Positions 1 through 8,817 are shown, counted from the stretch's first letter. The stretch is 64,000 nt of DNA from Ilumatobacteraceae bacterium (GCA_038100275.1 JAYNVD010000005.1:3924-67923), one strand, 5' to 3'. Numbers and translations are program-made. The notes: generated by a model from the letters alone, not told the origin.

Positions 1-913
1 CACTGGCAACCCCATCTAACTCAGAGATTCGCTGAGCAAAACTGTCGAGATGGTCGTGATCTGCGACCGATTCGATAAGCAAAAACACCGGATGCTCAAA
101 GCCGAGCGGCGCACTTAGGTCAAACTCGTCGCAGACCAATTGCACCCCGTGGGAGAGCATCAATTCCGCCGCTTCAAGACCCGGGAGCGCTCTTCGGAGA
201 TTCGCAGTAGCGGCAACCGCCGACTTCACATCGGCGAAGGCAAGTAGCGCAGTGTGGCAGAAGGGTTGTTGCGGAGTGAGCCGCAACCGCGCTTTGGTGA
301 TGACACCAAGCGTTCCTTCAGAGCCGCACATCATGTCTGGGATCGAGTAACCCGTGTTGTTCTTCACGAGGCCCGACATGATCTCGATGACGTCGCCTGT
401 GCCGAGGACCACTTCAATCCCGACTAGCTGCGCCCGTGTCATTCCGTGACGGAGCACGTTGAGTCCCCCAGCATTCGTCGCAATCGTGCCACCAACGGTC
501 GCGGACCCACGTCCCCCGAAATCAACGCCATAACGAAGACCTACAGCCGCGACCTCATTCTGTAACTGCTCGATTGTTACCCCTGCTTCTGCGGTGACCT
601 GCAGTGCAAGTTGGTCAACCTCGCCGACCGAATTTAACCGTTGAAGGCTCAGCACGATCTCGCCATTCAGCGGAACACTTCCGCCAACCATCCCGGTATT
701 TCCACCTTGAGGCACGACAGCAACGCTGTGCCGACGGCAGATTCGGATGATCTCTGCGACGTCGTTTGTCGACCCCGGACGAACTACTGCTGGGGTTGAG
801 CCGACGTAGCGGCCTGTCCAATCTACGACATGTCCCGAAGTGTCGTCTCCGACGATGACATGGCGGTCTCCAACAACGTTCCTGATTTCGCTGAGAGCAG
901 TATCAACTGCCAC
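1..913 (-). CDS. FAD-binding (PCMH-type) oxidoreductase, GlcD / D-lactate dehydrogenase family; partial, C-terminal part lies beyond the window start
   Basis: Not in the ORF track because it runs off the window. My minus-strand translation from GTG at 913 reads VAVDTALSEIRNVVGDRHVIVGDD..VVRPGSTNDVAEIIRICRRHSVAVVPQGGNTGMVGGSVP..GGRGSATVGGTIATNAGG..VKNNTGYSIPDMMCGSEGTLGVITKARLRL, an FAD-binding-4 domain pattern. GAGGAGG lies 6 nt upstream of the GTG. An in-frame TGA (the bcp stop) lies 8 codons upstream. Confidence 0.85.
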   Translation of the reverse strand, partial: MAVDTALSEIRNVVGDRHVIVGDDTSGHVVDWTGRYVGSTPAVVRPGSTNDVAEIIRICRRHSVAVVPQGGNTGMVGGSVPLNGEIVLSLQRLNSVGEVDQLALQVTAEAGVTIEQLQNEVAAVGLRYGVDFGGRGSATVGGTIATNAGGLNVLRHGMTRAQLVGIEVVLGTGDVIEIMSGLVKNNTGYSIPDMMCGSEGTLGVITKARLRLTPQQPFCHTALLAFADVKSAVAATANLRRALPGLEAAELMLSHGVQLVCDEFDLSAPLGFEHPVFLLIESVADHDHLDSFAQRISELDGVAS

Positions 914-934
914 GGCACCCTCCTCGCCGATGGG

Positions 935-1384
935 TCACCCGAGAGCTTTCAGTAACTGGGTTGGAGTGTCTTTCGGGCTGATTTTCGGCCACGCCCGCTC
1001 TACCTTCCCTTTTTCGTCAATGAGGAACGATGACCGCTGCACCCCCATGTACTTACGGCCATACATCGACTTTTCTGCCCAGACACCAAACTGTTCTGCC
1101 ACTGAGTGATCCTCATCTGAGAGCAACGTGAACCCGAGGGAGTACTTCTCGTCAAATTTCTTCAACTTCGCAGGCACATCGGGGCTAATACCAATGATCA
1201 CCGTGTCGCCGATGTCGCCGGCGATATCTCGAAGACCGCACGACTGCGTTGTGCAGCCCGGAGTATCAGCCTTCGGGTAGAAGTAGATCAGAACTTTTCG
1301 TCCCTTGAACGATGACAACGACACGCTGTCACCGTCTTGGTTCAGCAACTTGATCTTCGGTGCGGAACTTCCTTCTTCAATCAT
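935..1384 (-). CDS. bcp: Thiol peroxidase Bcp (peroxiredoxin Q/BCP family)
   Basis: 149 aa. The active-site block FYPKADTPGCTTQSC has the peroxidatic Cys and a second Cys 5 residues later. Thioredoxin-fold length fits. Confidence 0.9.
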   Translation of the reverse strand: MIEEGSSAPKIKLLNQDGDSVSLSSFKGRKVLIYFYPKADTPGCTTQSCGLRDIAGDIGDTVIIGISPDVPAKLKKFDEKYSLGFTLLSDEDHSVAEQFGVWAEKSMYGRKYMGVQRSSFLIDEKGKVERAWPKISPKDTPTQLLKALG

Positions 1385-1417
1385 GGCCTCACGTTAGACG
1401 GCCACGATCGCTGACTC

Positions 1418-1963
1418 TCAGGCGTGCCCGCCATCGAACGCCGCAGCGCCAGACAGCACCTTCCATTGAGCCGGATACAACAACGAAATCTGATCTGGCG
1501 TTGCACGAAGCGTCGTTTCAGGAACTGCATCGACGATGTTGCGGGCAGCCCCGTAATGATGGCCTAGGTTTCGAACTCCTGAGAACACCGTCGAGCGAAG
1601 CGAAACCAACTCAGCAGGCGGGTCGGTATCGAACCAGCCCCAAATCGTGAGGGCAATCGTGAGGTCATGAATGACAGGCGCGCGACTCATCAACGAAGCG
1701 CGACGCAGAGCGATTCCGATGCTTCCATTAATCGCATCATCAATGTGCTCACCTGACTGGGTGCAAATACGTGGTCGGAGCCGTTGCGCAATTTTCAGGA
1801 TGAATCCCTGGTCGGGACCTGGATACCCGAGAGCAGGACCCGTCGGCTGCAGTCCCCCAATTTCTGCTGGTCGATCTGTCGACCATGAATTCGGAATGAC
1901 ATCGGGTGACTCGTAAAACGGTTCACTACCGCGTCGAGAGGGGGCGAAACGTGGGGCTGCCAT
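1418..1963 (-). CDS. Hypothetical protein, apparently co-directional with cimA and bcp
   Basis: 181-aa ORF fills the gap between cimA and bcp on the same strand with balanced amino-acid composition. I do not recognise a family. Competing ORFs in other frames are shorter and low-complexity. Confidence 0.5.
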   Translation of the reverse strand: MAAPRFAPSRRGSEPFYESPDVIPNSWSTDRPAEIGGLQPTGPALGYPGPDQGFILKIAQRLRPRICTQSGEHIDDAINGSIGIALRRASLMSRAPVIHDLTIALTIWGWFDTDPPAELVSLRSTVFSGVRNLGHHYGAARNIVDAVPETTLRATPDQISLLYPAQWKVLSGAAAFDGGHA

Positions 1964-1972
1964 GACAATGTT

Positions 1973-3559
1973 CTACCCGCGAAGCAGGCCGTAGACGATA
2001 CTTTCAGACAAGGCACGCCATGACGCCTCGATGATGTTCGGACTGACGCCAATGGTTGTCCAGTCGGTGCGTCCATCGCTTGCGCTGATGAGCACCCGAG
2101 TAACGGCCCCTGTTGCCTCTCCGCCATCAAGAATACGGACCTTGTAATCGGTTAGGTGAACCTGCTCGAGTTGCGGATATGCGCTGCTGATCGCCCGACG
2201 TAGTGCCGTGTCGATGGCGTTCACCGGCCCGTTTCCTTCGGCAGTGTGAACGTGACGTGTTCCTTGCACCCACACCTTGACGGTTGCTTCGGTATTGAAC
2301 GGGCCATCTGCAGATTCGTCGGTGATGACACGCATTGATTCGACGTCAAAGTAGTCCTGTTCCCACCCGGTCGCTCGACGCATCAGGAGCTCAAGCGATG
2401 CGTCTGCAGCTTCGAACTGGTAACCCTCGTGCTCAAGACGCTTGAGATCATCGATCACCTGGTTGATAGCGGGACCATCAAGTTCGATTCCAAGTTGCTC
2501 TGCCTTGATCTGGATGGTTGCGCGACCGGCCATCTCAGAGACGACGAACCGTGTGCCATTGCCAACCTGTTCAGGATTGACGTGTTCGTATGCGTCACGT
2601 GCCCTTGCGATGGCACTGACGTGGAGACCAGCCTTGTGAGCAAAAGCTGAGGTTCCAACGTACGGGGCTTGCGGGTTCACCGCACGATTCAATGTCTCTG
2701 CGATGCGATGCGAAACAGGCGTCAAGCGAACAAGGCGATCTTCCGGAAGGCAGTCGAACTCTTGCTTCAGCTGGAGGTTCGGGATGATCGTGGTGAGATT
2801 CGCATTCCCGGTGCGCTCGCCAAGACCATTGAGCGTTCCCTGCACATGACCAGCTCCGGCGAGTACCGCTGCCATCGAGTTCGCCACCGCGCATCCCGTG
2901 TCATCGTGACAATGAATTCCGATCGTCGCGTCATTGCCAATGTGCGCATATACCTGACTGACAATGTCTTGAACCTCGTGAGGGAGCGACCCTCCATTGG
3001 TGTCGCACAACACGACATGCGTTGCGCCTTTGACGATTGCCGCTTCGAGGGCACGGAATGAAAATTCCGGGTTGTGTTTGAACCCATCGAAAAAATGCTC
3101 CATGTCGACAAGTACCCGGCGGTCATTTGCAACGAGGTATTCGACAGAATCTGAAATCATCGCCGCGCCCTCTTCAAGCGTGGTCTGCAGTGCTTCGGTG
3201 ACGTGGTAATCCCAGCTCTTCGCAACGATGCACACAGCGGAAGTTCCAGCATCGAGCAAATTGCGCAGCGTGGGGTCGTCATCGACTTTTCCGAGCGGGC
3301 GGCGAGTTGAGCCGAAGGCGACGAATGTGCTGGTCGACAGATTCAGTTCTTTCGCTGCGCGTTCAAAAAACTCGATGTCCTTTGGGTTTGCGCCTGGCCA
3401 TCCGCCTTCAATGAAATGCACACCAAGCGAATCGAGTTGCTCAGCAATCGCAAGTTTGTCATCGACCGTTGCGGTGACGCCCTCTACCTGCAAACCATCG
3501 CGCAACGTTGTGTCGAAAATTTCGATGCTGCGCCGTTGAGTTGTTGTTGGGGTGCTCAT
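1973..3559 (-). CDS. cimA: (R)-citramalate synthase (CimA; LeuA/HMGL-like family with LeuA-dimer regulatory domain)
   Basis: 528 aa. N-terminus IEIFDTTLRDGLQ..HFIEGGWPGANPKD, metal-site block IGIHCHDDTGCAVAN, and a C-terminal LeuA_dimer-like domain. It is distinct from the long LeuA at 17093. AAGGA lies 9 nt before the ATG. Confidence 0.8.
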   Translation of the reverse strand: MSTPTTTQRRSIEIFDTTLRDGLQVEGVTATVDDKLAIAEQLDSLGVHFIEGGWPGANPKDIEFFERAAKELNLSTSTFVAFGSTRRPLGKVDDDPTLRNLLDAGTSAVCIVAKSWDYHVTEALQTTLEEGAAMISDSVEYLVANDRRVLVDMEHFFDGFKHNPEFSFRALEAAIVKGATHVVLCDTNGGSLPHEVQDIVSQVYAHIGNDATIGIHCHDDTGCAVANSMAAVLAGAGHVQGTLNGLGERTGNANLTTIIPNLQLKQEFDCLPEDRLVRLTPVSHRIAETLNRAVNPQAPYVGTSAFAHKAGLHVSAIARARDAYEHVNPEQVGNGTRFVVSEMAGRATIQIKAEQLGIELDGPAINQVIDDLKRLEHEGYQFEAADASLELLMRRATGWEQDYFDVESMRVITDESADGPFNTEATVKVWVQGTRHVHTAEGNGPVNAIDTALRRAISSAYPQLEQVHLTDYKVRILDGGEATGAVTRVLISASDGRTDWTTIGVSPNIIEASWRALSESIVYGLLRG

Positions 3560-3598
3560 CGGAGTCGTCCTTTTTGTTTGTTGCTGTCAGTATCGGCC

Positions 3599-3628
3599 TG
3601 AAAACTGAAAATGCCGCCCGAGGGCGGC
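3599..3628 (-). terminator. Intrinsic terminator of the cimA leader (attenuator terminator)
   Basis: The minus strand reads GCCGCCC-TCG-GGCGGC followed by ATTTTCAGTTTTC. The U-tract ends about 40 nt upstream of the cimA ATG. Confidence 0.6.
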
Positions 3629-3654
3629 AAAGCGAGCACACGAGGTCGTGTGCT

Positions 3655-3693
3655 CTAACGAATAATAATTTCCAAAGCGAAACGAAGATTCAT
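3655..3693 (-). promoter_or_regulatory. Candidate cimA leader peptide ORF MNLRFALEIIIR (three consecutive ATT Ile codons)
   Basis: Hand reverse-complement gives ATG AAT CTT CGT TTC GCT TTG GAA ATT ATT ATT CGT TAG. The last base of the stop codon is the first base of a 9-bp hairpin GAGCACACG-ACCT-CGTGTGCTC (3634..3655), which is followed by the terminator at 3599..3628. Confidence 0.55.
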
Positions 3694-3700
3694 TACCCCT

Positions 3701-3729
3701 ATTCAATACGACGCACAGGCAATCGTCAA
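3701..3729 (-). promoter_or_regulatory. Candidate sigma-70-type promoter for the cimA leader (TTGACG-17 nt-TTGAAT), placing the TSS at or next to the leader ATG
   Basis: The minus strand reads TTGACG attgcctgtgcgtcgta TTGAAT aggggta ATG, so 7 nt separate the -10 from the start codon. AGGGG could alternatively act as a very close SD. Confidence 0.35.
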
Positions 3730-3805
3730 CTCCACCTCATCAAACACAGATCATGAGGGCACTCCTACCCTGTGGATATCTAGTGGATAACTAAACCAAC
3801 AATGT

Positions 3806-3825
3806 GGGTTTCCAGTGGAAAACCC
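3806..3825 (-). terminator. Stem-loop, possible terminator of the lipoprotein gene 3925..4668
   Basis: GGGTTTTCC-ACT-GGAAACCC (one bulged base) lies about 100 nt downstream of the stop on the minus strand, followed by ACATTGTTGGTTT, a weak U-tract. Confidence 0.35.
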
Positions 3826-3924
3826 ATATTTGGTAACTGTTACACGAACCTAAGAGCCATGCGGTCATTCACTCTCAATGGGCCCATACTTCGACCTATT
3901 GACGATTCCCGCTTCTGGAAGCCA

Positions 3925-4668
3925 TCACCAGCGATTCCACCCAACGGGTTGTTCAGGCCACCCGAACTCTTCTCGAAGCACCACCTCATCATTCCAGCCA
4001 CGTGTCTCTAACGACCCGGAGCACGATCTTCCAGGGGACAGTTTCGCTGTGGCCTCATGTGTTCGAACTTCGCCGGCAAGAAAATCAGGGTCGCCGTCAA
4101 GGTAATAAAAGAACACTTCATCAAATGCTTCCCCGACCTCTACATCGAATGCGATCTCATCCACGAAATCTTCATACGTCGGAATACCCTCAAACTCGCC
4201 ACTACTTGAGAACTCGACCACAACGGTAAACGAGGTTCCCAATACATCTCCGAACTCGTTCATCACTTCGCTCGACCTCATCGCTCGGTTGCCGAATTCG
4301 TCGTCGACCCACACAACCGAGAACATCGCCTCATCCATCCAATCCATGTACTGCATATCTGACTGGTGGAAGAACACTTCACAGGTCGGAATCCAGGCAC
4401 CGTTGCTGCTCAGTTCAACCGTTGACGTTGTAGTTGAACTCACCAAGGTCGTGGTTGTCTGAGAATTCGTCGAATTGTTCGTAACGGCAACTGGTGGTGA
4501 TGAAGTTGAGGTCACCGCCTGTTCAGGCTTCTCCCCGGCCGCTTGCGCAGGCTCTTCAAAGCTCACTTCGGAACTTGCCATGCTCACAGGTGCTCCGGCC
4601 GTCTCAGTTTCGGGTGGCGTACACGCCACCGCACCAATCACCACGAACCCGATGCAGAGGACTCTCAT
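3925..4668 (-). CDS. Predicted secreted lipoprotein, function unknown (Ser/Thr-rich linker, very acidic aromatic-rich C-terminal domain)
   Basis: 247 aa. N-terminus MRVLCIGFVVIGAVAC has a lipobox-like GAVAC. A T/S-rich tract (SQTTTTLVSSTTTST) follows, then a D/E/F-rich domain. No family recognised. Confidence 0.6.
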   Translation of the reverse strand: MRVLCIGFVVIGAVACTPPETETAGAPVSMASSEVSFEEPAQAAGEKPEQAVTSTSSPPVAVTNNSTNSQTTTTLVSSTTTSTVELSSNGAWIPTCEVFFHQSDMQYMDWMDEAMFSVVWVDDEFGNRAMRSSEVMNEFGDVLGTSFTVVVEFSSSGEFEGIPTYEDFVDEIAFDVEVGEAFDEVFFYYLDGDPDFLAGEVRTHEATAKLSPGRSCSGSLETRGWNDEVVLREEFGWPEQPVGWNRW

Positions 4669-4755
4669 CAGTCAAGTTGTAGCAAAGAAGTCAGTTACAC
4701 GTTGGCAAACTGCTCTGCTCAGCATCACGAGTTGTACGCCCACTACCCTTTCGCG

Positions 4756-5772
4756 ATGGCCGACGAACAGCCAAATAGAGACGAACTCCTTAGCCCCGGC
4801 ATGAGAGAACAGCTTGACCTCGGCTACGTCTTTGGCGGGCTGTCCACATTCGCCCAGCAACCCTTCGTTCCAGACCTCGAAGATCTCGATCGGTGGAAGC
4901 CCGACGCAGCGATAGTTGGAGCCCCTTTTGATATTGGCACCACCAATCGCCCCGGAGCACGATTCGGACCACGATCAATTCGCACCACCGCCTACGAATC
5001 GGGCACATACCACATCGACTTAGACCTTGAAATTTTTGATCACCTGACTGTCGTCGACGTCGGGGATGCACATTGTCCACACGGCGATAGCGAGCGCAGC
5101 CTCACAAACATCCGTCATCGGGTTCACGAAGTTGCCCGCAGGGGCATTATTCCGATCACGCTTGGTGGCGACCACACCATCACCTGGCCGGCCGCCACTG
5201 CCGTTGCTGACGTATACGGACACGGCAACGTCGGAATCGTCCACTTCGACGCGCACGCCGACACAGCCGACATCATCGATGGAAACCTCGCAAGCCATGG
5301 CACGCCAATGCGACGACTCATTGAGTCAGGGGCAATCCCCGGCGATCGATTTGTACAAGTTGGCCTACGCGGCTACTGGCCTCCTGCTGACACCTTCGAG
5401 TGGATGCGCAAACAAGGCATGGTGTGGCACACCATGCAAGAGATTTGGGAGCGCGGGTTCAAAGCGGTGATGGATGACGCTGTCAGCGAGGCACTTTCCT
5501 CTGCCGAGTACCTCTACATCTCAGTTGATGTCGACAGCCTCGACCCGTCGTTCGCTCCGGGGACCGGAACTCCCGAGCCAGGTGGAATCGCAACAAGCGA
5601 CATTCTTCGCATCGTTCGCCAACTCGCACGGGAACACACGGTCGTCGGAATGGACGTCGTCGAGGTCGCCCCGGCATATGACGTCAGTGAATTAACAGTG
5701 AATGTTGCACATCGACTCGTCATGGAGACACTCGGCGGGATCGCAGCGCGTCGCCGAGACCTGGCGTCGTAG
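4756..5772 (+). CDS. Ureohydrolase of the arginase family (agmatinase / guanidino-acid hydrolase type)
   Basis: The track ORF starts at 4543 but its first 71 codons overlap the divergent lipoprotein gene and look non-protein-like. Start reassigned to ATG at 4756 (MADEQPNRDE..). Mn-binding motifs are GGDHTITW, HFDAHADT and SVDVDSLDPSFAPGTGTPEPGG. Confidence 0.85.
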   Translation: MADEQPNRDELLSPGMREQLDLGYVFGGLSTFAQQPFVPDLEDLDRWKPDAAIVGAPFDIGTTNRPGARFGPRSIRTTAYESGTYHIDLDLEIFDHLTVVDVGDAHCPHGDSERSLTNIRHRVHEVARRGIIPITLGGDHTITWPAATAVADVYGHGNVGIVHFDAHADTADIIDGNLASHGTPMRRLIESGAIPGDRFVQVGLRGYWPPADTFEWMRKQGMVWHTMQEIWERGFKAVMDDAVSEALSSAEYLYISVDVDSLDPSFAPGTGTPEPGGIATSDILRIVRQLAREHTVVGMDVVEVAPAYDVSELTVNVAHRLVMETLGGIAARRRDLAS

Positions 5773-5807
5773 AAGGCGAACACAATCCACCACGCTCCCC
5801 TCACGTA

Positions 5808-6758
5808 ATGTCGGACGCTATGGCTGATCGACGACCGTTTTTTATTGATACCGACACTGCAAGCGATGATGCCGTCGCTCTTGTCATGGCATTCGCACGT
5901 GACGACATCGACATCGTTGGCATCAGCGTCGTAGCCGGAAACGTTCCGCTTTCGTCCGCACTGCAAAACGCGCTCTTCACGAGAGAAATCTGTGGTCGCG
6001 AAGATGTCCCGGTCTATGCCGGTGCAGATCGTCCGCTCATGTTTGATCTTGGCACGGCACAACACGTGCACGGCAACGATGGCATGGGAGACATTGGCCT
6101 CCCCCTTACTGGGCGGACCCCCAACGACGGCCACGGCGTCGATGCACTGCTTCAAGCCTCACAAGATCATGCTGGCGAACTCACACTCGTCACCCTTGGC
6201 CCTCTCACCAACATCGCACTCGCCATACATCGAGACCCGACGTTTGCGAACCGCATCGCCCGTGTCGTCATTATGGGTGCCGCTGCTGATCACGTTGGAA
6301 ATGTCAACCCGGTTGCGGAATTCAACATGTGGGTTGATCCCCACGCGGTTCAAATCGTTCTTGACTCCGGGTTACCCCTCGAATTTGTTGGTTGGGACAT
6401 CTCCCGACGCGACGCCGTCATCATTCCCGATGAGGCACAACGACTTCGCTCAATCGGCACTCCTCTTGCAGAGTTCACGATTGATATTCAGCGGATCGTC
6501 GCCGAATTCTGCGCGAGAGATACAAAACTTGCCGGCTTCGATATGCCCGACCCAATCGCAATGGCGTATGCGATTGACCCGACTGTTGCGACCGAAACTC
6601 GCCGCCTGAATCTTGTGACCGAGTGCGGCGACGGGCCGACTCGGGGCATGGTCGTCATGGATCTCCTCGGATTCACCGGACGCGAACCCAACGCGCTTGT
6701 TGTCATGCACGCAGACCACGCTGCCTTCATCGCTCAGCTAGAGGCGGCCATTACATAA
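5808..6758 (+). CDS. Nucleoside hydrolase (inosine/uridine-preferring family)
   Basis: 316 aa. N-terminal fingerprint FIDTDTASDDAVAL (DxDxxxDD) and LTLVTLGPLTNIA. Confidence 0.88.
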   Translation: MSDAMADRRPFFIDTDTASDDAVALVMAFARDDIDIVGISVVAGNVPLSSALQNALFTREICGREDVPVYAGADRPLMFDLGTAQHVHGNDGMGDIGLPLTGRTPNDGHGVDALLQASQDHAGELTLVTLGPLTNIALAIHRDPTFANRIARVVIMGAAADHVGNVNPVAEFNMWVDPHAVQIVLDSGLPLEFVGWDISRRDAVIIPDEAQRLRSIGTPLAEFTIDIQRIVAEFCARDTKLAGFDMPDPIAMAYAIDPTVATETRRLNLVTECGDGPTRGMVVMDLLGFTGREPNALVVMHADHAAFIAQLEAAIT

Positions 6759-6796
6759 GTTGAAGGCTTGCGCACCAGCGCTAACCGTCACATCAC

Positions 6797-7714
6797 TTAT
6801 GCGACGAGTTCGCACCAATGGCGGTAGCGGTCGATCTTTCCTCGCACCGCGTCACCGTATGCCTCAGCGATTGCTCGCGTCATTGGGCCTGGGCACGGGA
6901 TCTCACGATCGTCTACCGAGTTGACCGACGACACCTCAGCTGCAGTTCCAACAACGAATGCTTCCTCTGCGATGTAAAGATCACTTCGTGCGAGATTGTC
7001 GGTTCGAGCATCGAATCCGAGGTCGGATGCAATCGTCATGACAGTGCTCTGGGTAATTCCCTCGAGCGCTCCAGCTGACAACGGAGGGGTGAGCAACTTG
7101 CCGTGGCGAGCAACAAATAGGTTCTCGCCAGAGCATTCGGCAACCAACCCGTTCGGGGCAAGCATGACGGCCTCGTCATAACCCGCCTGCAGCGCTTCAA
7201 CCTTTGCGAGAGATGAGTTGACGTAGTTGCCAACCGTCTTCGCTGCAGGCGGCATGGTGTTGTGATCATGGCGGGTCCATGAAGAGGTCTTGAGACGGAC
7301 GCCCTTCTCAACAGCGTCGTCACCCAAGTAGGCACCCCATGGCCAACACGCAATTGCAACATCAACCTTGCACGGAAGAGTATTGAGGCCCATCTCGCCA
7401 TATCCGAAATACGCGATTGGCCTGATGTAACAAGAGTCGAGACCTGTTGACGCGACTGTTTCTTTCGTTGCAGCGATCAGTTCTTCAACCGAATACGGCA
7501 TCGGCATCCCAAGAATCTTCGCCGATTTGTGAAGACGCTCAATGTGCTCGGTCAATCGAAAGACTGCAGGCCCATCAGCAGTTTCGTACGCACGGATGCC
7601 TTCGAATACTCCCATTCCGTAGTGAAGCGTGTGCGTAAGGATGTGCACGTTGGCATCCGCCCAATCAACGAGCGAGCCATTCATCCAGATTTTTGGAGTT
7701 GGGGTAATGGGCAT
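6797..7714 (-). CDS. ilvE: Branched-chain amino acid aminotransferase (PLP fold type IV)
   Basis: 305 aa. IWMNGSLVDW..HTLHYGMGVFEGIRAY and a class-IV aminotransferase layout. Lies immediately downstream of leuB on the same strand. Confidence 0.88.
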   Translation of the reverse strand: MPITPTPKIWMNGSLVDWADANVHILTHTLHYGMGVFEGIRAYETADGPAVFRLTEHIERLHKSAKILGMPMPYSVEELIAATKETVASTGLDSCYIRPIAYFGYGEMGLNTLPCKVDVAIACWPWGAYLGDDAVEKGVRLKTSSWTRHDHNTMPPAAKTVGNYVNSSLAKVEALQAGYDEAVMLAPNGLVAECSGENLFVARHGKLLTPPLSAGALEGITQSTVMTIASDLGFDARTDNLARSDLYIAEEAFVVGTAAEVSSVNSVDDREIPCPGPMTRAIAEAYGDAVRGKIDRYRHWCELVA

Positions 7715-7757
7715 GTCAGCAGTCTTTCAGACGAACAGATGATGTTGAGTGCTTCGA

Positions 7758-8750
7758 TCAACCAGAAACGCGTGATGCGATCATGTCACCGATGGCAACG
7801 GTTCCTTCAATCGGAACCTCGGCACACGCGGCCTCGATTCGCCGGGCAGCATCAGACTCGCCAAGGAAATCAAGCATCAGCGCTGCGGACAACACTGCAG
7901 CAGTTGGGTTTGCAACCCCTGTCCCTGCGATGTCGGGGGCCGAACCATGCACCGGCTCGAACATCGAAGGACCAGAGCGGGACGGATTAAGATTCGCGGA
8001 CGAAGCAAGGCCGATTCCCCCTGAGACCGCGCCGCCAAGGTCGGTGAGAATGTCGCCGAACAGGTTGTCGGTCACCACGACGTCATAACGGTGAGGGTCC
8101 TGCACAAAGTAGATACACGCTGCGTCAACATGGTTGTACGCGGTTTCGATTTGCGGATATTCAGCTGCCACCAAATTAAAGGTGCGCTCCCAGAGGTCAC
8201 CAGAGAATGTGAGCACATTGGTCTTGTGCACCAGCGTCACGTGCTTGCGTTCGCGTTGCATTGCAAGCTCGAACGCGTACCGAACGCAGCGCTCAACACC
8301 CATACGAGAGTTGACTGACCCTTGTGTTGCTACTTCATTTGGTGTGCCTTTGCGAAGGACACCTCCCTCGCCGACATACGGGCCTTCAGTATTTTCGCGA
8401 ATCACCACAAAGTCGTGAGGCCGGGTGTGGCCCGGTGCGGTTCCAACGAATGGACGCTGGTTGACATAGAGGTCGAGCTCGAAACGCATTTTCAGCAATA
8501 AGCCCCGCTCGATCACACCTGGCGGCACGCGCGGGTCACCAACAGCACCAAGGAGGATCGCGTCAAACGCACGTAATTCGTCGAGTGTTTCGTCGGACAA
8601 GATTTCTCCGTCGTTGAGATAGCGGGCTCCACCGAGATCGAAATCGACCGTGTCAATCTCGACCCCCGAAGCACGAACAACCTTCAATGCCTCAGCAGTG
8701 ACCTCTGGGCCAATGCCATCTCCCCCTACAACTGCAATGCGATAAGCCAT
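7758..8750 (-). CDS. leuB: 3-isopropylmalate dehydrogenase
   Basis: 330 aa. [14 protein letters not shown]-terminus and the [12 protein letters not shown] signature of isocitrate/isopropylmalate dehydrogenases. Confidence 0.92.
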   Translation of the reverse strand: MAYRIAVVGGDGIGPEVTAEALKVVRASGVEIDTVDFDLGGARYLNDGEILSDETLDELRAFDAILLGAVGDPRVPPGVIERGLLLKMRFELDLYVNQRPFVGTAPGHTRPHDFVVIRENTEGPYVGEGGVLRKGTPNEVATQGSVNSRMGVERCVRYAFELAMQRERKHVTLVHKTNVLTFSGDLWERTFNLVAAEYPQIETAYNHVDAACIYFVQDPHRYDVVVTDNLFGDILTDLGGAVSGGIGLASSANLNPSRSGPSMFEPVHGSAPDIAGTGVANPTAAVLSAALMLDFLGESDAARRIEAACAEVPIEGTVAIGDMIASRVSG

Positions 8751-8817
8751 ACAAGCAGGCTACGCCGACATGATTCGGTCGCGTGCAAGAAATGACGGTT
8801 CTCGGCTCCGGTAACGT

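Noticed and set aside
3771-3790. The DnaA-box pair as evidence of a replication origin.
   Set aside because: There are only two boxes, with no AT-rich unwinding element cluster and no dnaA, dnaN or rpmH nearby. It is kept only as a possible regulatory site (see findings).
3657-3924. A possible T-box or other riboswitch in the 365-nt spacer upstream of cimA.
   Set aside because: No T-box consensus (AGGGTGGNACCGCG-like) or specifier-loop architecture is visible. A short Ile-rich leader ORF plus terminator explains the region better.
4543-4755. An N-terminal 71-codon extension of the agmatinase-family ORF. Analogous track extensions affect leuA (16901..17092), the ferredoxin (18519..18815), pyrF, FKBP, meaB, the Nfu-like gene, murA, glyA, atpD and the thiolase-like gene.
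   Set aside because: The extensions overlap neighbouring genes or regulatory regions and have implausible composition. Each is followed by an internal start that restores the conserved N-terminus, often with a Shine-Dalgarno sequence.
4669-4755. A possible guanidine (ykkC-type) riboswitch upstream of the arginase-family ureohydrolase.
   Set aside because: Only 87 nt are available and they are shared with a divergent promoter. None of the conserved ykkC sequence blocks is visible.
5808-6758. Two nucleoside hydrolase paralogs (5808..6758 and 61401..62348) as a segmental duplication.
   Set aside because: The protein sequences are clearly diverged, sharing only family motifs, and the flanking genes differ. 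They are ancient paralogs, not a recent repeat.
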